A stretch of DNA of 61,566 nucleotides, filler included, from Bipalium vagum (Eukaryota), in the NCBI GenBank assembly GCA_037834085.1. It is 3 parts of 3 records of this genome, joined end to end, with 100 filler letters (N's around TTAATTAATTAA, not from the genome) between each part and the next. Parts side by side here need not be neighbours in the genome. Positions count along the whole stretch, not along the records: positions 16,932 to 41,047 come from JBBMKC010202937.1; positions 41,148 to 61,566 come from JBBMKC010253721.1; 1 more part is not named here. One strand, written 5' to 3'. The notes beneath the pieces are model-generated. The model was given only the letters and a program-made list of their open reading frames with translations. It ran no database searches and had not been told where the DNA came from. Positions 27,701 to 41,454 of the stretch are shown here, one piece after another; the first letter of the stretch is position 1; each line of letters starts with the position of its first letter. Position numbers and translations under genes: made by a program.

Positions 27701-28630
27701 TGTGGATCCACAAATGGAGTGGTCAACAAAGAGCTGGAAGATTTGCCACGAGTATTGGGTCTTCAAAGCTGTCAACAACACCAATATTTCAGGGGAAAAT
27801 ATCTATCTCAGGCTGGTATTTTATCCATCGAGCACGATCATACTCTATCCAAATAAATGCAAGGCATGGAAGCACAAACAGAGGATGTCGCAGATGCGCA
27901 GAATCAGAAGAATCACTAGGACATATTCTCGTTGGAAGTGTACGTTCAAGAATATTTATTCTCTCTCGTCACAATTCAATTCAAGATTATCTAGCTCAAC
28001 AACTTTTATCTTATACAGAGGTAAAGGTATATATCAATGTTGAGAGTCAATACACTCAATCAACACTGCGCATTGACCTCCAAATTGAATTCACGAAATC
28101 AAAAAAAACAATTTTTAATCGATGTCAAATGCCCATTTGATACTGAAAAGAGCATGCATTGGAAACATTATTAGAACCTGGCTCACTACGACGATCTAAC
28201 GACAAAAACTCAAAAACAATTCCAGGATGTATCGTTGAACTAGACACCTTTATCGTTGATTGCTTAGGGTCATGGCCAAAGAGGAATAACACTATACAAT
28301 CAAAACTGGGGCTGCAGAAGAAAGTCACCAATACAATTGCCTCATTTTGTGTCTCTTCAAATATTAAATGGAGCACCGCACAATGGGTCAATGTCAAGTT
28401 TGGTTGCTTCGGATGCCGATAAATAGCTGATAACATGATGATCGACCACAACAACGCCAACGACAATGAAGACAGCTCCCCATTAGACAATTGTGATGAA
28501 GATCTATTATGAACTATTGATTGTAGCAATAACTATCTGTGATACTTAACCATATTCGGAGATATTATCTTGTATAAAGATCTTAATTGTATTTATCTTA
28601 CATGTAAATTTGTTTTTGAAATAAAATTTT
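24780..28630 (+). mobile_element. decayed non-LTR retrotransposon with REL endonuclease (R2/NeSL/Utopia-like group), interrupted by a Tc1 element
   Basis: N-terminal CxxC..CxxC. RT motifs IPKR*K..TQLILK..SWRPIAF..YK and LAYADD. C-terminal CRRC..ESLGHIL..RHNSI, LRIDL, IDVKCPFD and CLGSW. Confidence 0.88.
25692..26733 (+). mobile_element. Tc1 (DD34E-type) element lacking its left TIR, inside the non-LTR RT
   Basis: KGRP HTH linker, VFSDECFF, HVWGCFSSNGVG, FQQDLAP and PDLNLIENTWG. Right TIR ...gaacagacattttacgcgctg followed by TA. Confidence 0.9.
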
Positions 28631-29234
28631 GTAAATAATCAATACATTTACCTATATCCTGAGAAATCATTGTGCTGAAAGGTTACTAAAATTTATATGT
28701 ATATTTAATAATCCATGGCTGCAGAATATAAAAGTCAAAATAATTTTTTATTGGAAAAATAGTAGTGCGGGTTATAATCTGAAAAAGAGGGTATAAATAC
28801 ATTTATTATATCGCTTATTAAATATGGCATACACCACATTTTTTCACGTGATAGCTTGAAATAAATAATAAAATGAAATTAGATAATTATTATTATTTTC
28901 ATTCAATATAAAATTAAAATTATTTCTGTTTTTAATTATAATATTGAAAAAATTTAGTTTTTATTTTTTATAACTAAATTACAAGTAATAAAATTAAAAA
29001 AGTAATTAAAATTTTTAAAAATAATATCTGGCTCAATTCTTAAAATAATATTACTTATTATCAAATGAAAATATGTTTTCCATGCTACTTATTAGTTTAT
29101 AAATTAATGTTAATATTAACTCTTAACAAGATTTGTTTTATTATTCATAAGTCACAAATTTTTTAATTTGAATTTATATATAATGTTATAATAATATTTG
29201 TTGATTTTTAATAATTTTAAATCATTCATAAATC

Positions 29235-32200
29235 ATGAAAAATAATTCTATTATTGTTCTCATTGATATGGACTGCTTTTATGTTCAAGTTGAATTGAAA
29301 GAAGCACCTGAATATATTGGTAAAGAAACTGCTGTTGTTCAATATAACTCTTGGCGAGGTGGCAGGTTTTGTGCTTACCAAATAATCTTGAAAAATTAAT
29401 CTCATCCAATTAGCATAATTGCAGTTAGTTATGAAGCTAGAGCTGCAGGTGTAAATCGCTCATTGAAAGGCGACAAAGCCCAACAACAATGTCCTAATTT
29501 GCATTTATTTCGAGTTCCAGAACTCAGAGGAAAAGCCGATCTTAGAAAGTTAAAATGAAAATTATGAAATTATAATTTTATTACATCATGTGAAGGTATC
29601 GCAGCGCAGGAGCAGAGGTTATCAAATGTCTCACCAAACATGCTTCTCGAATTGAAAGAGCCAGTATAGATGAGGCTTATATAGATTTAACTGGTATATA
29701 AATTATGTGAATTTTTGTTAATTTTTAATGATTTTGTTGATATAAGTATAAATATTTTGTTCAAAAATTGTATCAAGATAAATTTATCAAACTATGTTTA
29801 TTGATTCTAATTTAAAATTGATTATTTTTTACTAAAGTTATTATTTATTTTTATTTAAATTTCAAAATTGTCGTCAATTCTGTCCATATACGTTGGTTAT
29901 CGTCTAAAATGTTGAAAAAAAGGTATTTTGAGTGTTTTGAAGTTCTTGTTAATTTTTGGCTTAACATATTGATTTTTGTTAATAAAAGTGATTGCGTATG
30001 TTTATTTTAAAGTCATTTTTTTATTCTATTAAAAAAACTAAAAATACTTTTTACAATTTTAAAATTTTTTTCAGTGGTTTCATTTTAAAATATATTGATT
30101 TTATTCTTATAAAAATGTTATTAATTTTCCACTAGATGAAGTCGATAATCTTCTGATAGCTTCTCCGGATTCAGAGATAATGAACAAGTTCTGGGAAAAG
30201 TCTAATCATTCATCAGCCGGTTGTCATGTTGTCGGATACAATTCGTACAACGATTGGCTGGATCATATTTTCAAGATGCGATCAGCTGGAGAATTGTGTG
30301 ATGACATAAGACTGGCACTGGGAGCTTTTCTCGTTCAGCAAATTCGCGATGACATATACGATACTCTGGGTTATCGGTGCTCCGCTGGCATAGGTCACAG
30401 TAAGATGGTCGCGAAATACTCATGTGGCGTCAACAAGCCCAATCAACAGACCATCACTCCATTGGAAAAGGTTCAAGATTTGTTGGTCAATGCTCCCATT
30501 GAAAAAATGTATGAGTTCGGTTTCTATTGATTTACGAATTTATTTATTTCAGCCGTAATCTTGGTGGAAAAACGGGTTTTTATGTTCAAGAACAATTGAA
30601 AATATCAACAATGGGAGAGCTGGGTCAGTTCTCTATTGATGAATTATCGGAAAAATTTGGTGAAAAAACTGGGTGGGAGTTGATTTTTAATTGTGTTCAA
30701 AATAATCTCAAACATTTTTATGAACTTTTTAATTAAAAACTAGTTTTAATAATGATTTTGTTTTTCAAAAATTAATCTGAAAATTTTATTTTCAGTAATT
30801 TTAATTTCTTTTAAAATTCGAGTTTAAATAATATTCTAATTATTATTATTATTATGATTTTATTAAATAAAATTCTTCTAAAGATTTTTGATAATTTGAA
30901 AAATTATTATCGTTTTTTTATTAAAATCAAGTTTTTATATTGGTTTTTTTTATCCTTTATTATTTTGAAATTTTTTTATATTTGAAAATATTTTTATTGA
31001 CTTAATTTGATAAATGAAATTAAATAATTTATTATCAAATGAAATAATTTAATTTTTATAAGTATAGTGATTTTTTTATAAAAAAATTTTAATTTGAAAA
31101 ATAAGTCTATTAATATATGTTCTTATTTAAAAATCACAGATTTTTCATTTCTGGAACTATAAATATATTGATTTTTCGTCCTTTAATATATTTATTTATA
31201 CGGTTCTACAGGCCGTGGCTTTTTTATCTTTGTAGAGGACAAGATGACGAAAGTGTTTTGTCCAGACAGCTTGCCCAATCGATAGGCTGTAGCAAAATGT
31301 TCCCCGGATCAACACAGCTGAATACGATCCATCAAGTTCAACATTGGCTGACGCAAATGGCCGAAGAAATCGCCGAACGAATCGAAGAAGACTGTACAAC
31401 AAACGCTCGACTGCCAACGCACATGTGCGTTTCATATCGACAATTGCGTGCTGGGAACGGCACGAATTCCCATCGAAGCCTTTCCGGATCACGAGTCGTT
31501 CAGTTGAATGGATTTTCAGCCCAATCAATCAGCTCTGCAGCATTTGTCGTTCTGTCTGGAATCAACAATGCCAGCCATCACAATCTTGATGACGGAACCT
31601 GGTCTTTGTTTTGTGTAATCAATAATCGATTTTCTTCTGATATATTGGGGTTTAGGTTTCCGCCTTTAATCTCTTTGGGTCTGTCAGCTGGCAAATTTCG
31701 AAATCAGAAATCATCAAATGATATTTCTCGGTATCTAATCGATGCTCCGGTCACCCGATTAGTAGAAAAAGAAAACGCCCCCCAGGTTGTCAATGAGGCA
31801 TCCTCAACCAGAGATACAGTGAAGATGGAAGAGGAAAATGCCATGTCTGTTACTGAGACGGTGCCTACACAATCGGTACAAGACGATATCAAACCATCGA
31901 TTATTGCACAGCCGCAAGAAAAAACCATATCGATTTCTGATCAGCCAATTGTGAAGAAAAAGGCCAAAGGGTTTTTTGCCAGACTTCAAGAACAGAATGC
32001 GATTAGTCAACTGGAATGGAATCAGCCAGTTTCGCTTTGTCACATTGCAAAAGTTGATCGCATTCAATGGAAAACTGGACCAATCGTTCCGAAGGAATCG
32101 ATCGAGGAAAATCATACAGATTTAAGAAGGGGAGGAGAGGAATCATTTGTGGGAGATCTTATCGAAAAGGAAGAGTGGAACGAATCGAATTCATCTTGTT

Positions 32201-32469
32201 TGACCTCATTTACCAATGAAGACTATTTCAATTGTGAAGTTTGTGGTAAAAATGTTCTCATGTGGGATGCACCAGAACATAATGATTGGCACGTCGCGAA
32301 AAATCTCCAAAAACAGATAACGAAGGAAATCAATGACCAGATGGTGACACGATCGACACCAACAGCACGGTCGGCGATTGGTAATTGTAAAAAGAAAGAA
32401 CGAAAGACCAAAGGTATTCTTGCTCAATCGAAAAATCAACTGACTTTAGATAAATTTTTTTCCAAATGA
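29235..32469 (+). CDS. POLH: DNA polymerase eta (Y-family); exons 29235-29365, 29414-29548, 29596-29693, 30136-30508, 30553-30672, 31212-31601, 31656-32469
   Basis: DMDCFYVQVE, AVVQY, IIAVSYEAR, RGKADL, ERASIDEAYID, CSAGIGHSKMVAK, NKPNQQT, RNLGGK and SIGCSKMFPG. C-terminus has a UBZ finger (CEVC..EHNDWH), a basic NLS and a PIP box (QLTLDKFF). All splice phases are compatible. Confidence 0.97.
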
Positions 32470-33149
32470 TTATTCCTCGGAAAATAATTCTGTGATTATT
32501 TTTGCTAATGTATATTTGATATTCAGAACTAATTTGTCTTCCAACCAGTCATTTGATATTAAAAGGAATTGTTTATTGATAATTCATTTGATTTTCTCTT
32601 AATATAATTTTTTATTTTTATTTATATTAATCTTATTTTCATGAAAACCTGTTACTCAAAAAATACCAGTTCCAAGAAGAATATAAACTAATAATCCAAT
32701 TCCTAAAAAGAAATTCCTGTCTTTACTGCAATTCAATTTTAAAATTTCCAGTTATGACATTGCTAATTAGCTTAAATTTTGAATCAATATTAGAATTTTT
32801 TATAAGGATTTAAGATTCCACGTTGAGTTACTTATAAGTGGTTGTCGTTCCAGTTTAAGTATATGGAATAAGTACAGATATATGAATGTAGGATATAAAA
32901 CAAAATTACACATTCTATACCTTCCTATATCAGGATAAAATTACAAACTTATGGTGATCAATGATTTTCATTATCCAAAGTCTCTTTAGCACGCTTAATT
33001 AATATTCCTTCGTCTTTGATACAGTTAACAATTTTGTTAATTTCTTAGAATAATAGAAGTTATGCCTTCATCCATGTTCACCATCTAGTGATAATAACTT
33101 CTGGAAGCCTTCCTATGTCTTTGAAAAGAACTGCATTGTGGTTTTTTTA

Positions 33150-33494
33150 TTATGCCGAGAGATATCAAAAAGACATACTTCATGACTTAGATATAGTTGG
33201 CAAATTCTTAGTCTTTCCAAAAGCAGCATTCGTTTTTCAACAAGATTTGGCTCCTCTCATAAGGCCAAAAGTACCCATGCTTTCCTAAAAAATAAAAATA
33301 TTGAAGTCTTACTTTGGCTAGGTAATTCTCCTGACCTGAATCTCATAGAAAATATCTGGGGTATCCTTAAATGTCAACTAAGTCCAATAAAACAGAATTG
33401 TGCTGAAGATTAATACATTTTGTTGTTTAAAGTATTCTTTTCAATTAAAATTAGTATTTTTTATAGGGGGTGAACAGACTTTTTACGCGCACTG
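33150..33494 (+). mobile_element. 3' fragment of the same Tc1 family as 25692-26733
   Basis: Nearly colinear with about 26390-26733, including the right TIR (...ttttacgcgcactg followed by TA). Confidence 0.9.
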
Positions 33495-34099
33495 TAATAT
33501 AGCTTGACTTTATTCTCAAGTTATATGAAAGAGGACTTTCTTTGATTATTTAATAATTTAAAATTCATATATTTGACTGCGTCCGTAATTATTAAAATAA
33601 GCTTATAAATAGAAAAGATTTAATGTTACATCTAGATAATTGAAACATGGACCACTTCAATTACGTTTAATACAAATATATTACTGGCATTTATTATGGT
33701 ACCAGCTAATAAATTGTCATACTTATTACATCTAATTTTACTTTCGTCGACATAGAAGATATCAAAAATTAATATACATTTAATACCTCTTACATTTCTG
33801 ATGAGTATCCACAATATTTCTTATCATGCTTAACAAAAGTATCAAAAAATTTACAATATAACTTGTCTTGAGAATAATACACAAATTTATCATTAGATAT
33901 CACTATTTTTAGTTTTCGGTATTATATAGAATTTTAAAGTAGCATAAAATCTAATTATTAAAACAACCTTTAAATGCCATAAGTCTTTTTAAGATTGAAA
34001 TAATGCAAAAAATGGCATATATAAGGCATTTAACTAGCCCTAGTGATCTTTAAAACAATAAACACGTTTGATCTAATTTTTGACAATTGAAATAGATGA

Positions 34100-34700
34100 T
34101 TGTACTTTTTTTTTACATTTTTATACTGGTCTTTCGAAAGTTTGACTACTCTTGCGGTAACATAAAATGTACATCCTTATAGATGTATCTTGGTTATTCT
34201 TACGAATTTGTAAATTATAGGATACGTTTGTTTTATTTATATCATTTTTGGGCAAAACATTTTCCGAGGAAAACAATTAGAGAACAAGAATATTACTCGA
34301 GTTATATAACCTACTTAGAAACTCAGTCAAATCACTCTGGTCTACAAATGCGGTAACAAATCTTATTAAAACTTCATTCTTTGAACGTATTGTAACTTTG
34401 AGAAATCTAATTCTCTATTTTTCAAATACATGCTATAAGAAATATCTAATTTCCAATACCATCTAAAAATAGAAGACAGTTGGGATTGAGTCTTTACATT
34501 ATCTAAAAATCAATATTAGCTGTGTCACAAATCGTAAGTCAAATATTAAATTTATTTAAAATATTTCGCATACATTTTATGAAGCATGATTAAATGATAA
34601 ATTTATATACCTAATCCAGATTAAGCTGATGAGTCACCAGGTTTTAAGGCAAATGGCTGAAATTAGAGAAAGAATAAATAAAAGCTGATTAACTCTTAAT
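34100..34700 (+). mobile_element. probable Penelope-like element 3' remnant (GIY-YIG plus degenerate hammerhead core)
   Basis: FDYSCGNIKCTSL*MYLGY...RI resembles the GIY-YIG motif. CTGATGA (34626) and GAAA (34659) lie downstream. Heavily decayed. Confidence 0.4.
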
Positions 34701-36128
34701 CATTAATCATTGAATAAAGGACGGTAAAATCGATTGTTACAAATCTGACATTATTCTTAATCGGAAAAGTAGATGAGATGAATGCCGAGGTAAGTTAGAT
34801 TATAAAGACGAAAAAACTAAAGGTAGGACTTCATTCAAATTCAGTATAAAAAGATATTTCCTGATAAAGATATTATTGTGACTACAGTTTGGCTCCTTGG
34901 TTACACCGATATTAGAAGTAGACTGTTTAGTTTCTATGATGTTGATGGTCTGTTCAAGTACTTTTTAATTCTGTAGGCTTCTTTTTTTTGTTCAGACATG
35001 ATTACTGTGTTTAAATTTAGAAATCGATTTAAAATGCTGCGCTTTAAAAATTGCTTGTTTTTAAATGTCTTTCTTTTTCTGTCTGCCTATGTTCCCCCTC
35101 CTTTTTTATATTATTATTTCTACCTAGTTTTCTAAAGACAGTAGCTTTCTCTTTCCTCTAATAATTTTTTTATCTATTTTTGTTAGTCTTTCATTTATTA
35201 TTATAAAAATTTCCCTTATTATTTATTTTTAGTAATCTTTTGTTGCCTTATTATAAATTCTTTCATTATCGAATTCTTAGACTAATAATTTATATACTTT
35301 TAATTAATTAATTATTATTATTATTTTACTTTATTCATATTTATATACATAATAATAATTTATATACCATTAATTATTTATTATTCTATTTATATTATTT
35401 TATTTCAATCTAGTATGATTTACATGACGAATACATATTTTTGAAACTTTTATTATAACATACCAAATACAACATAAAAGAAAAGTTTGTTATATAAAAT
35501 TCATATTCACAAAAGAGGGACTTTTACATAAAATTAAGGAATCAGATAAATTAAAGGATCAGATTTATAGAATAAGTAATATTATTGTTATTGGATCACA
35601 AATGTTTTAACATATTGTTTTCATCACTTTGATTCTCCAGTCTATGGAATTTGGGATTGAAGATTCTGATCTTGGCTTTGATTTTGTTGGGATTGTTGTC
35701 CTTGAAGTTGTCCATAGATAAAGTTATATAAAATATTGAATAATAAGAATAAATGTTTTTCATAATAAGAGTAAATGAAATAATTTAAAAACCATGTAAA
35801 TATATTTTTCAAAAAAAATAATTAAAAAAGAATCACAAAAATCAATGTATAATGAAAGTTATTAATAAAAGAAAGTCATTTTTATTTCTTTCAATGTTAA
35901 CAAGAAAAAATTAAAATTATTTTGTAATGAAAAATTGTTGAAATTAAAAAATCTTTAAAATCAATTTTTTGTAATTTTTAACTATAAAACGATATTTAAT
36001 ATTGATTTAACATATGATAATAAAATTTTGTCAATAAAATAATATTTTCGATTTTGTTATTTAAAGTGCTTTAAATCAGCTTTTGTTTACACTTTGAATT
36101 CAATTTCAGCTGATCATGATAGAATAAA

Positions 36129-36461
36129 ATGAATGGAAGTGATAAAGAATCAGATTATGATTTTTCACAAGAAGGATGGTCCAAGCCATCAGATGAAAGT
36201 TCTCAAGGAAGTAATATGAAAAGTTCTTGTATGCATTTGCTTTGTAAACATTAAAAAATTGAATTTTTTTAATTTAACATTTTAAAGGATGTCTTAATGA
36301 TAATTTTTTTTCTATAGTGAATGAAAATGTTCATTTTAAAATATTGGTTCCATCAATAGCTGCTGGTGCCATTATTGGCAAAGGTGGTGAAGCAATTGGG
36401 CAAATACAAAAAGAAACTGGAGCTAAAGTTAAAATGTCGAAAGCTAATGATTTTTATCCAG
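36129..36461 (+). CDS. NOVA: Nova/Pasilla KH-domain RNA-binding protein, first two exons (36129-36228, 36318-36461); remainder not found in the window
   Basis: [43 protein letters not shown] followed by a G|gtaaag donor, matching the first half of Nova KH1. The expected GTTERV exon is not seen downstream. Confidence 0.92.
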
Positions 36462-37389
36462 GTAAAGTGTAATATAGTATATTGATTCTTATCCAATATA
36501 ATGATAAGCTTAAATTATAACGATTTTTTGTATTATAGAATATTTGTGAAATTATTGATAAAATATTGAAAATAAATATTTATTATTGTGAATTAAAATC
36601 GATAATTTTTAAAATCGGATTAAGTAGCTAATAATAATAAGTTTAGAAGGTATTAATATTAATAATAAGTTAATATTATTTTTTTGAATTTTTGAATATA
36701 TTAACAAATAGAAGGTTTGTCATCAAGTTGTTTTGGAAAATTTTCTTTGGAAAGAATTGACCTTAACAACTTTTAGAAGTACTTTGATCTATTTAGAAGC
36801 GATTGTAATGTGAACCATTTTATGTTGATAGCTTTGTGTAGTACAAAACCAAAGTTTAAAATTATGATTAAAAAATCATTTATCAATAAATAAAATAAAA
36901 CCACAAATTTGGATTATGATTTCGCATGTTACAATTTAATTATCACAAATGAAATTATACCTAAAGAAAATGTTAGTATAATTTTCTACGAATTCTGTGA
37001 ATAAATTTTCTCTTTCAAATTCAATAACGGCATAAATAAAAGAAGGAATAATGGTCAATCAATGTTAATGTAATGCCTTATTGTTTAGCGTCGAATGTTC
37101 GCCCTTTGACGAAACGATCAGTTAGAATTAAATATGATAACAATTTGTATGGCGATCATTTAGGTTTATATTGTATTCGTTGATATGGGCAAATTGTATT
37201 AAGATGGCATCAGTATGATGTTGAGAGAAATATTTAATCATTATATTTTTATAATAATAATAAATAAATAAAAATATAAAATGGGAACATTTAATTATTT
37301 TAAAAATTCAATATTGTCTGGTAATTATAATAATTTTATGGTTCGAGATGACATTTGTGAATTAATATTTCTAAAGAAATTGAAATTGG

Positions 37390-37441
<52 letters not shown>
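37390..37441. repeat. (AAT)n microsatellite
   Basis: Perfect trinucleotide run. Confidence 0.95.
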
Positions 37442-37443
<2 letters not shown>

Positions 37444-39378
37444 TTATTTTGAAAATGCTTAAGGAATCAGTCGAATAATAATTTGAACTCTCTCTTTAGG
37501 GAAAAAGAGTGAATTTACCATAGATATTGTTGTTATCACAAAATCCAAGTAATTTAATACTTCATGCATGATGTGTTTGATGGTTTTATGTTAATTAATT
37601 AATCTTATCTGCTCTATTTAAGCATCTGGACAAGCGACCTTTACATAATTTGTCGTAATAATTAACTCAAAACTGTTCATAGATCATTATTAAACTATTG
37701 TTTTGCTGTGTATTGATATTTCATGCCAAATTTATGTTGAAATTACTTGTATTACTCCTTTGTTTGTTTGTATGTATTACAGAAGTATTGATATTTGGTT
37801 TTAGAGTGACTGGTAAAGTACGACAGATGGATGATTGTGATTAGTGGCAAGAACGAAATATTTTTTGGTTCTTTAAGCTTCTAAGTCGAAATCACAATGA
37901 GCTGGCATTTTTGGGGTAGAGTATTTTCATATTGTTCTGATTAGATATTTAAGTACTTGAGAATAAAAACTGTTCAAAGCTGCTTCTAGTTTATTTTGAA
38001 AACAAAAACCTTTCAATACAAAAAACCTGTATTTTTAACGTTTAACTATGTGCTTTACTCGTTCGATTTGTGATCATTTGTTGATCATTTTTCTTGTTCA
38101 CGAGTAACACGTAGACTACAGAGCATAACGGGTCACGATTTTAGTCTTTGTGTCGAAACATATTTTCTGGCTAAAGTCTTGGGCAGCACTCATTCATTTA
38201 GTTTAATTTCTTAATTTTCTCGACTTTATAATCCAATATTTTGCACACATTTAACAATTTAGTTTGAGCCGTTTTCGATTTCCTTTAAGAAACTAAATTC
38301 TCTTTCACATATGCAATGTAGCTAGCAAGTAATTCATTGATTTAAAATCACTAGGTAGAATAAAACTCCTGGATTTCATAACCTATTTTAAGGAGTTTTT
38401 AGGGATCATTGTTATTATTTCACTATACCTTGACATATATTAGTTACACCCTTTACTGTTTCAAGATTCCGTGATATGAAGTCTTGCTATTTTTACATCA
38501 TTTCAACTTAAACTCAACGTTTTCCGGGATAGAAATAACTTTTGCTTCAGCACCCTTTAGAAAACATTTTTTTCTTCATTTAAGCACGACATAAACTTTA
38601 TTCTCATACTTTATTGAATTGTCTTTTAAGCATTTTCCACGATTCTTTGCACTCCTTATTTTATAAATAGTTACATAATTTATTTTCCAGACATTGCATT
38701 TAGTGGAACAATTGAATTATCTCAAAAGACGATGATGAACTTTTAATAAAGAATTCTAAGAAATATTTAACAGAGACAGTTTCACGATAAAGAAAACTAT
38801 TTTCAACATATGCTCAAGTCTCTGAAATCTCACAATTTTCTCATTTATCCGTTACATTACATAAGAAATAATCTAGTAGATCAATCTCCTATTTTCCGTT
38901 TCGGAAACTGATTTGTTCATTGCAATTTCAAACAAATATTACATTGTATATTTATAAACATTACAGTCACATCGACCATCGATAATTTCTACTTTGTTGA
39001 GGCATTTTGGTAGGAATGAAAACTGAAGAATTCCTCGCAGTTTTCCGTTGTAATTTATCGATGTGATTCTGATTCGTTGTTTGATCGATCAACACGAATT
39101 ACATTCTTCTACTTGTAGAAGAGGTTTTCATTGGGACTTAAGAAGGAGAATAAAGTGGAAGAAACATTAGTCTGTGATTTGAATCTTTAAATTTCGAGTT
39201 TACTTCTTTATTGAACGATTAATTTACTATAAGATTGGAAACGAAGTTCTTGCACTATTTTGTTATATGCCTTTTTAAAATTATTTATAACTAATTGATT
39301 TAAATATAGATATATATTTTGATACAAAATATTGTTTAAATATTAATTTTTATTTTAGCGCACATTTTAATATCCAAT

Positions 39379-40135
39379 ATGGCTGATAAAATCCTCTTAT
39401 CTCACGAACAATTTGCTTATGTTTTTATTATATGATTTCAATTCCGGTATAAACTGCAAGTCAGTCGCATCGTCGTATCAACGAAAAATTTGGAGAAGAT
39501 ACAATTGGTCGTCGTACAGCCTTTGATTGGTTTAAAAAGTTCAAGAGTGGTCATATGGACAACCAAGATAATGCAAGGAGTGGTCGACCTCCCCCATTAT
39601 CAACAATAACCTCTTGCGCTCATGTGTGGAAGCTGATGCACATATGACATCACGAGAGCTAGCTCAGAAGTTTGGCGTCAGTCACACAGCCATTTTACAC
39701 CATTTGAAGGAAATTGGGAAAGTTAGTAAACTAGACGTTTGGGTCCCCCACAAACTGACTGATTTTGATCGGCAACGCCGTCTGGATGCCTGCTTAACAT
39801 TAATGTCAAGAAAATGTCGGACTGATTGGCTGAATAAGTCACTTACCTCAAATGAAAAATGGTGTCTGTTCTCTAATATCACGCGCAAAAGAAGCTGGAC
39901 AGACAAAGGAGCAACTGCGCAACCTCAACCAAAGGCTGAAATGCACCAAAAGAAGCTCATAGTATGTGTGTGGTGGGATGTAAAAGGCGTTATTTATTGG
40001 GAAATGTTGGAACGTAATCAGACCATTAACTCAGATTTATATTGTCAACAACTGCAACAAGTAGCAGATGCCTTTGCAAAATGTCGGACAGGATCGTACC
40101 AAGTAATATTTCTTCATGATAATGTCCGACCAATA
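39379..40135 (+). mobile_element. mariner transposase remnant truncated after the second catalytic Asp
   Basis: WFKKFKSG, RSGRP, WVPHKL, TSNEKW, KKLIVCVWWD and FLHDNVRP. Confidence 0.92.
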
Positions 40136-40976
40136 GTCTCATTTGAAGCTGTCATATGTAATAAATCTCACAACTGTCAAGTAAATACAAAAAACTTTAT
40201 ACTTGATATACTTCGTATGTGAAAAATGTAACTCAAATATTTAAAAATGAAATGCCTCATTTGAAAATGACCTGTTAAACTCGGTATTAAAGTTAAATCG
40301 TCTAAATATCATTTTCATTATTTAAATATCGATTTTCTCAAATTAACGAATGAAATTAATAAAAATATTAACAGATCGAAATACAGGTTACTTCATTATA
40401 CTCTTACCTTATTTAAATATTTCCTTTTGATTACACGAGTGTATATTCAGAGTTCATTCAATGTAATCGAGTAGTCTTGTTTATTCTCTCAGTTGATATT
40501 CATTTCTCAAGGGCACAACATAATTTCTATAACTTAATTTTTAATTCTTATTACCATTGTCATACAAACATTTGAACTTTAAAAAGCATATCTTAAAATA
40601 ATGCGAAATGTACTTTTATTAATCGAAATGACCTTTAATGTAACTGTCCTTATTATGTATTAAAATATTTCTTCTTAATATGGGATACAAAAATTCAATT
40701 TTTTTGAAACCTAAAATCATGTTGCATAATTTTTTCAAAAGAAAATATATATTTTAATATTAGTGGAAGTAAATCGTGCGGATGTTTATTTATGATAATA
40801 TATAATGTTCGATTGTTTCTGATTTAAAATTCGAGTATAATTTTTAGTCTGTGTAATGTATTTTTTCAAGTAGTGAAGTGTCGTCATATATTTCAAGTGT
40901 TAAATTAGATTATTGACAAATTATGGATTTTTAACAAAATTAGTGAAGAATTGGTTTTCATTAAAAAAATTAATTT

Positions 40977-40978
<2 letters not shown>

Positions 40979-41047
<69 letters not shown>
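40979..41047. repeat. (ATT)n microsatellite at contig end
   Basis: Perfect run abutting the N gap. Confidence 0.95.
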
Positions 41048-41147
41048 NNNNNNNNNNNNNNNNNNNNNNNNNNNNNNNNNNNNNNNNNNNNTTAATTAAT
41101 TAANNNNNNNNNNNNNNNNNNNNNNNNNNNNNNNNNNNNNNNNNNNN
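41048..41147. other. assembly spacer (N44-TTAATTAATTAA-N44)
   Basis: Identical structure to 16832-16931. Confidence 0.95.
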
Positions 41148-41454
41148 TTGAGCAGTGGGATTTGATTAATACTGAAGAGCTCGACAAACTGATTTTATCA
41201 ATGCCAAACAGACTAAGTGAATGTTCATTACTAATTTTTATGTATAGATATGTATTGCATGTTTGTATTCATAATAAATTTTTTTGATTTAATAATTAAT
41301 AATGGAAACAGTAAGAATTTTTATATATAATAATAAATTTTCAAAATGATACACTGCAAAAAGAACAAAATAAGTATTTAATAAAATCTAATTGTATATG
41401 GAATAATAGATTTAAATGAAAATATAATAGGAAGGTTTTATGAAAATGATATAT

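Noticed and set aside
31196-32439. Antisense and alternative-frame ORFs over Pol eta (likewise over the V-ATPase and GPCR genes)
   Set aside because: Shadow ORFs of GC-richer coding sequence.
35600-35720. Minus-strand frames reading IPNSIDWRIK (papain-like), a Q-rich peptide or a 39-aa ORF
   Set aside because: No splice acceptor and no downstream QGxCGSCW exon; cannot be distinguished from chance.
37550-39250. Possible decayed retroelement on the minus strand in the Nova intron
   Set aside because: No motif clear enough to assign.
37281-41095. Poly-N and poly-I ORFs (37281-37478, 40913-41095)
   Set aside because: Translations of microsatellites and N runs.
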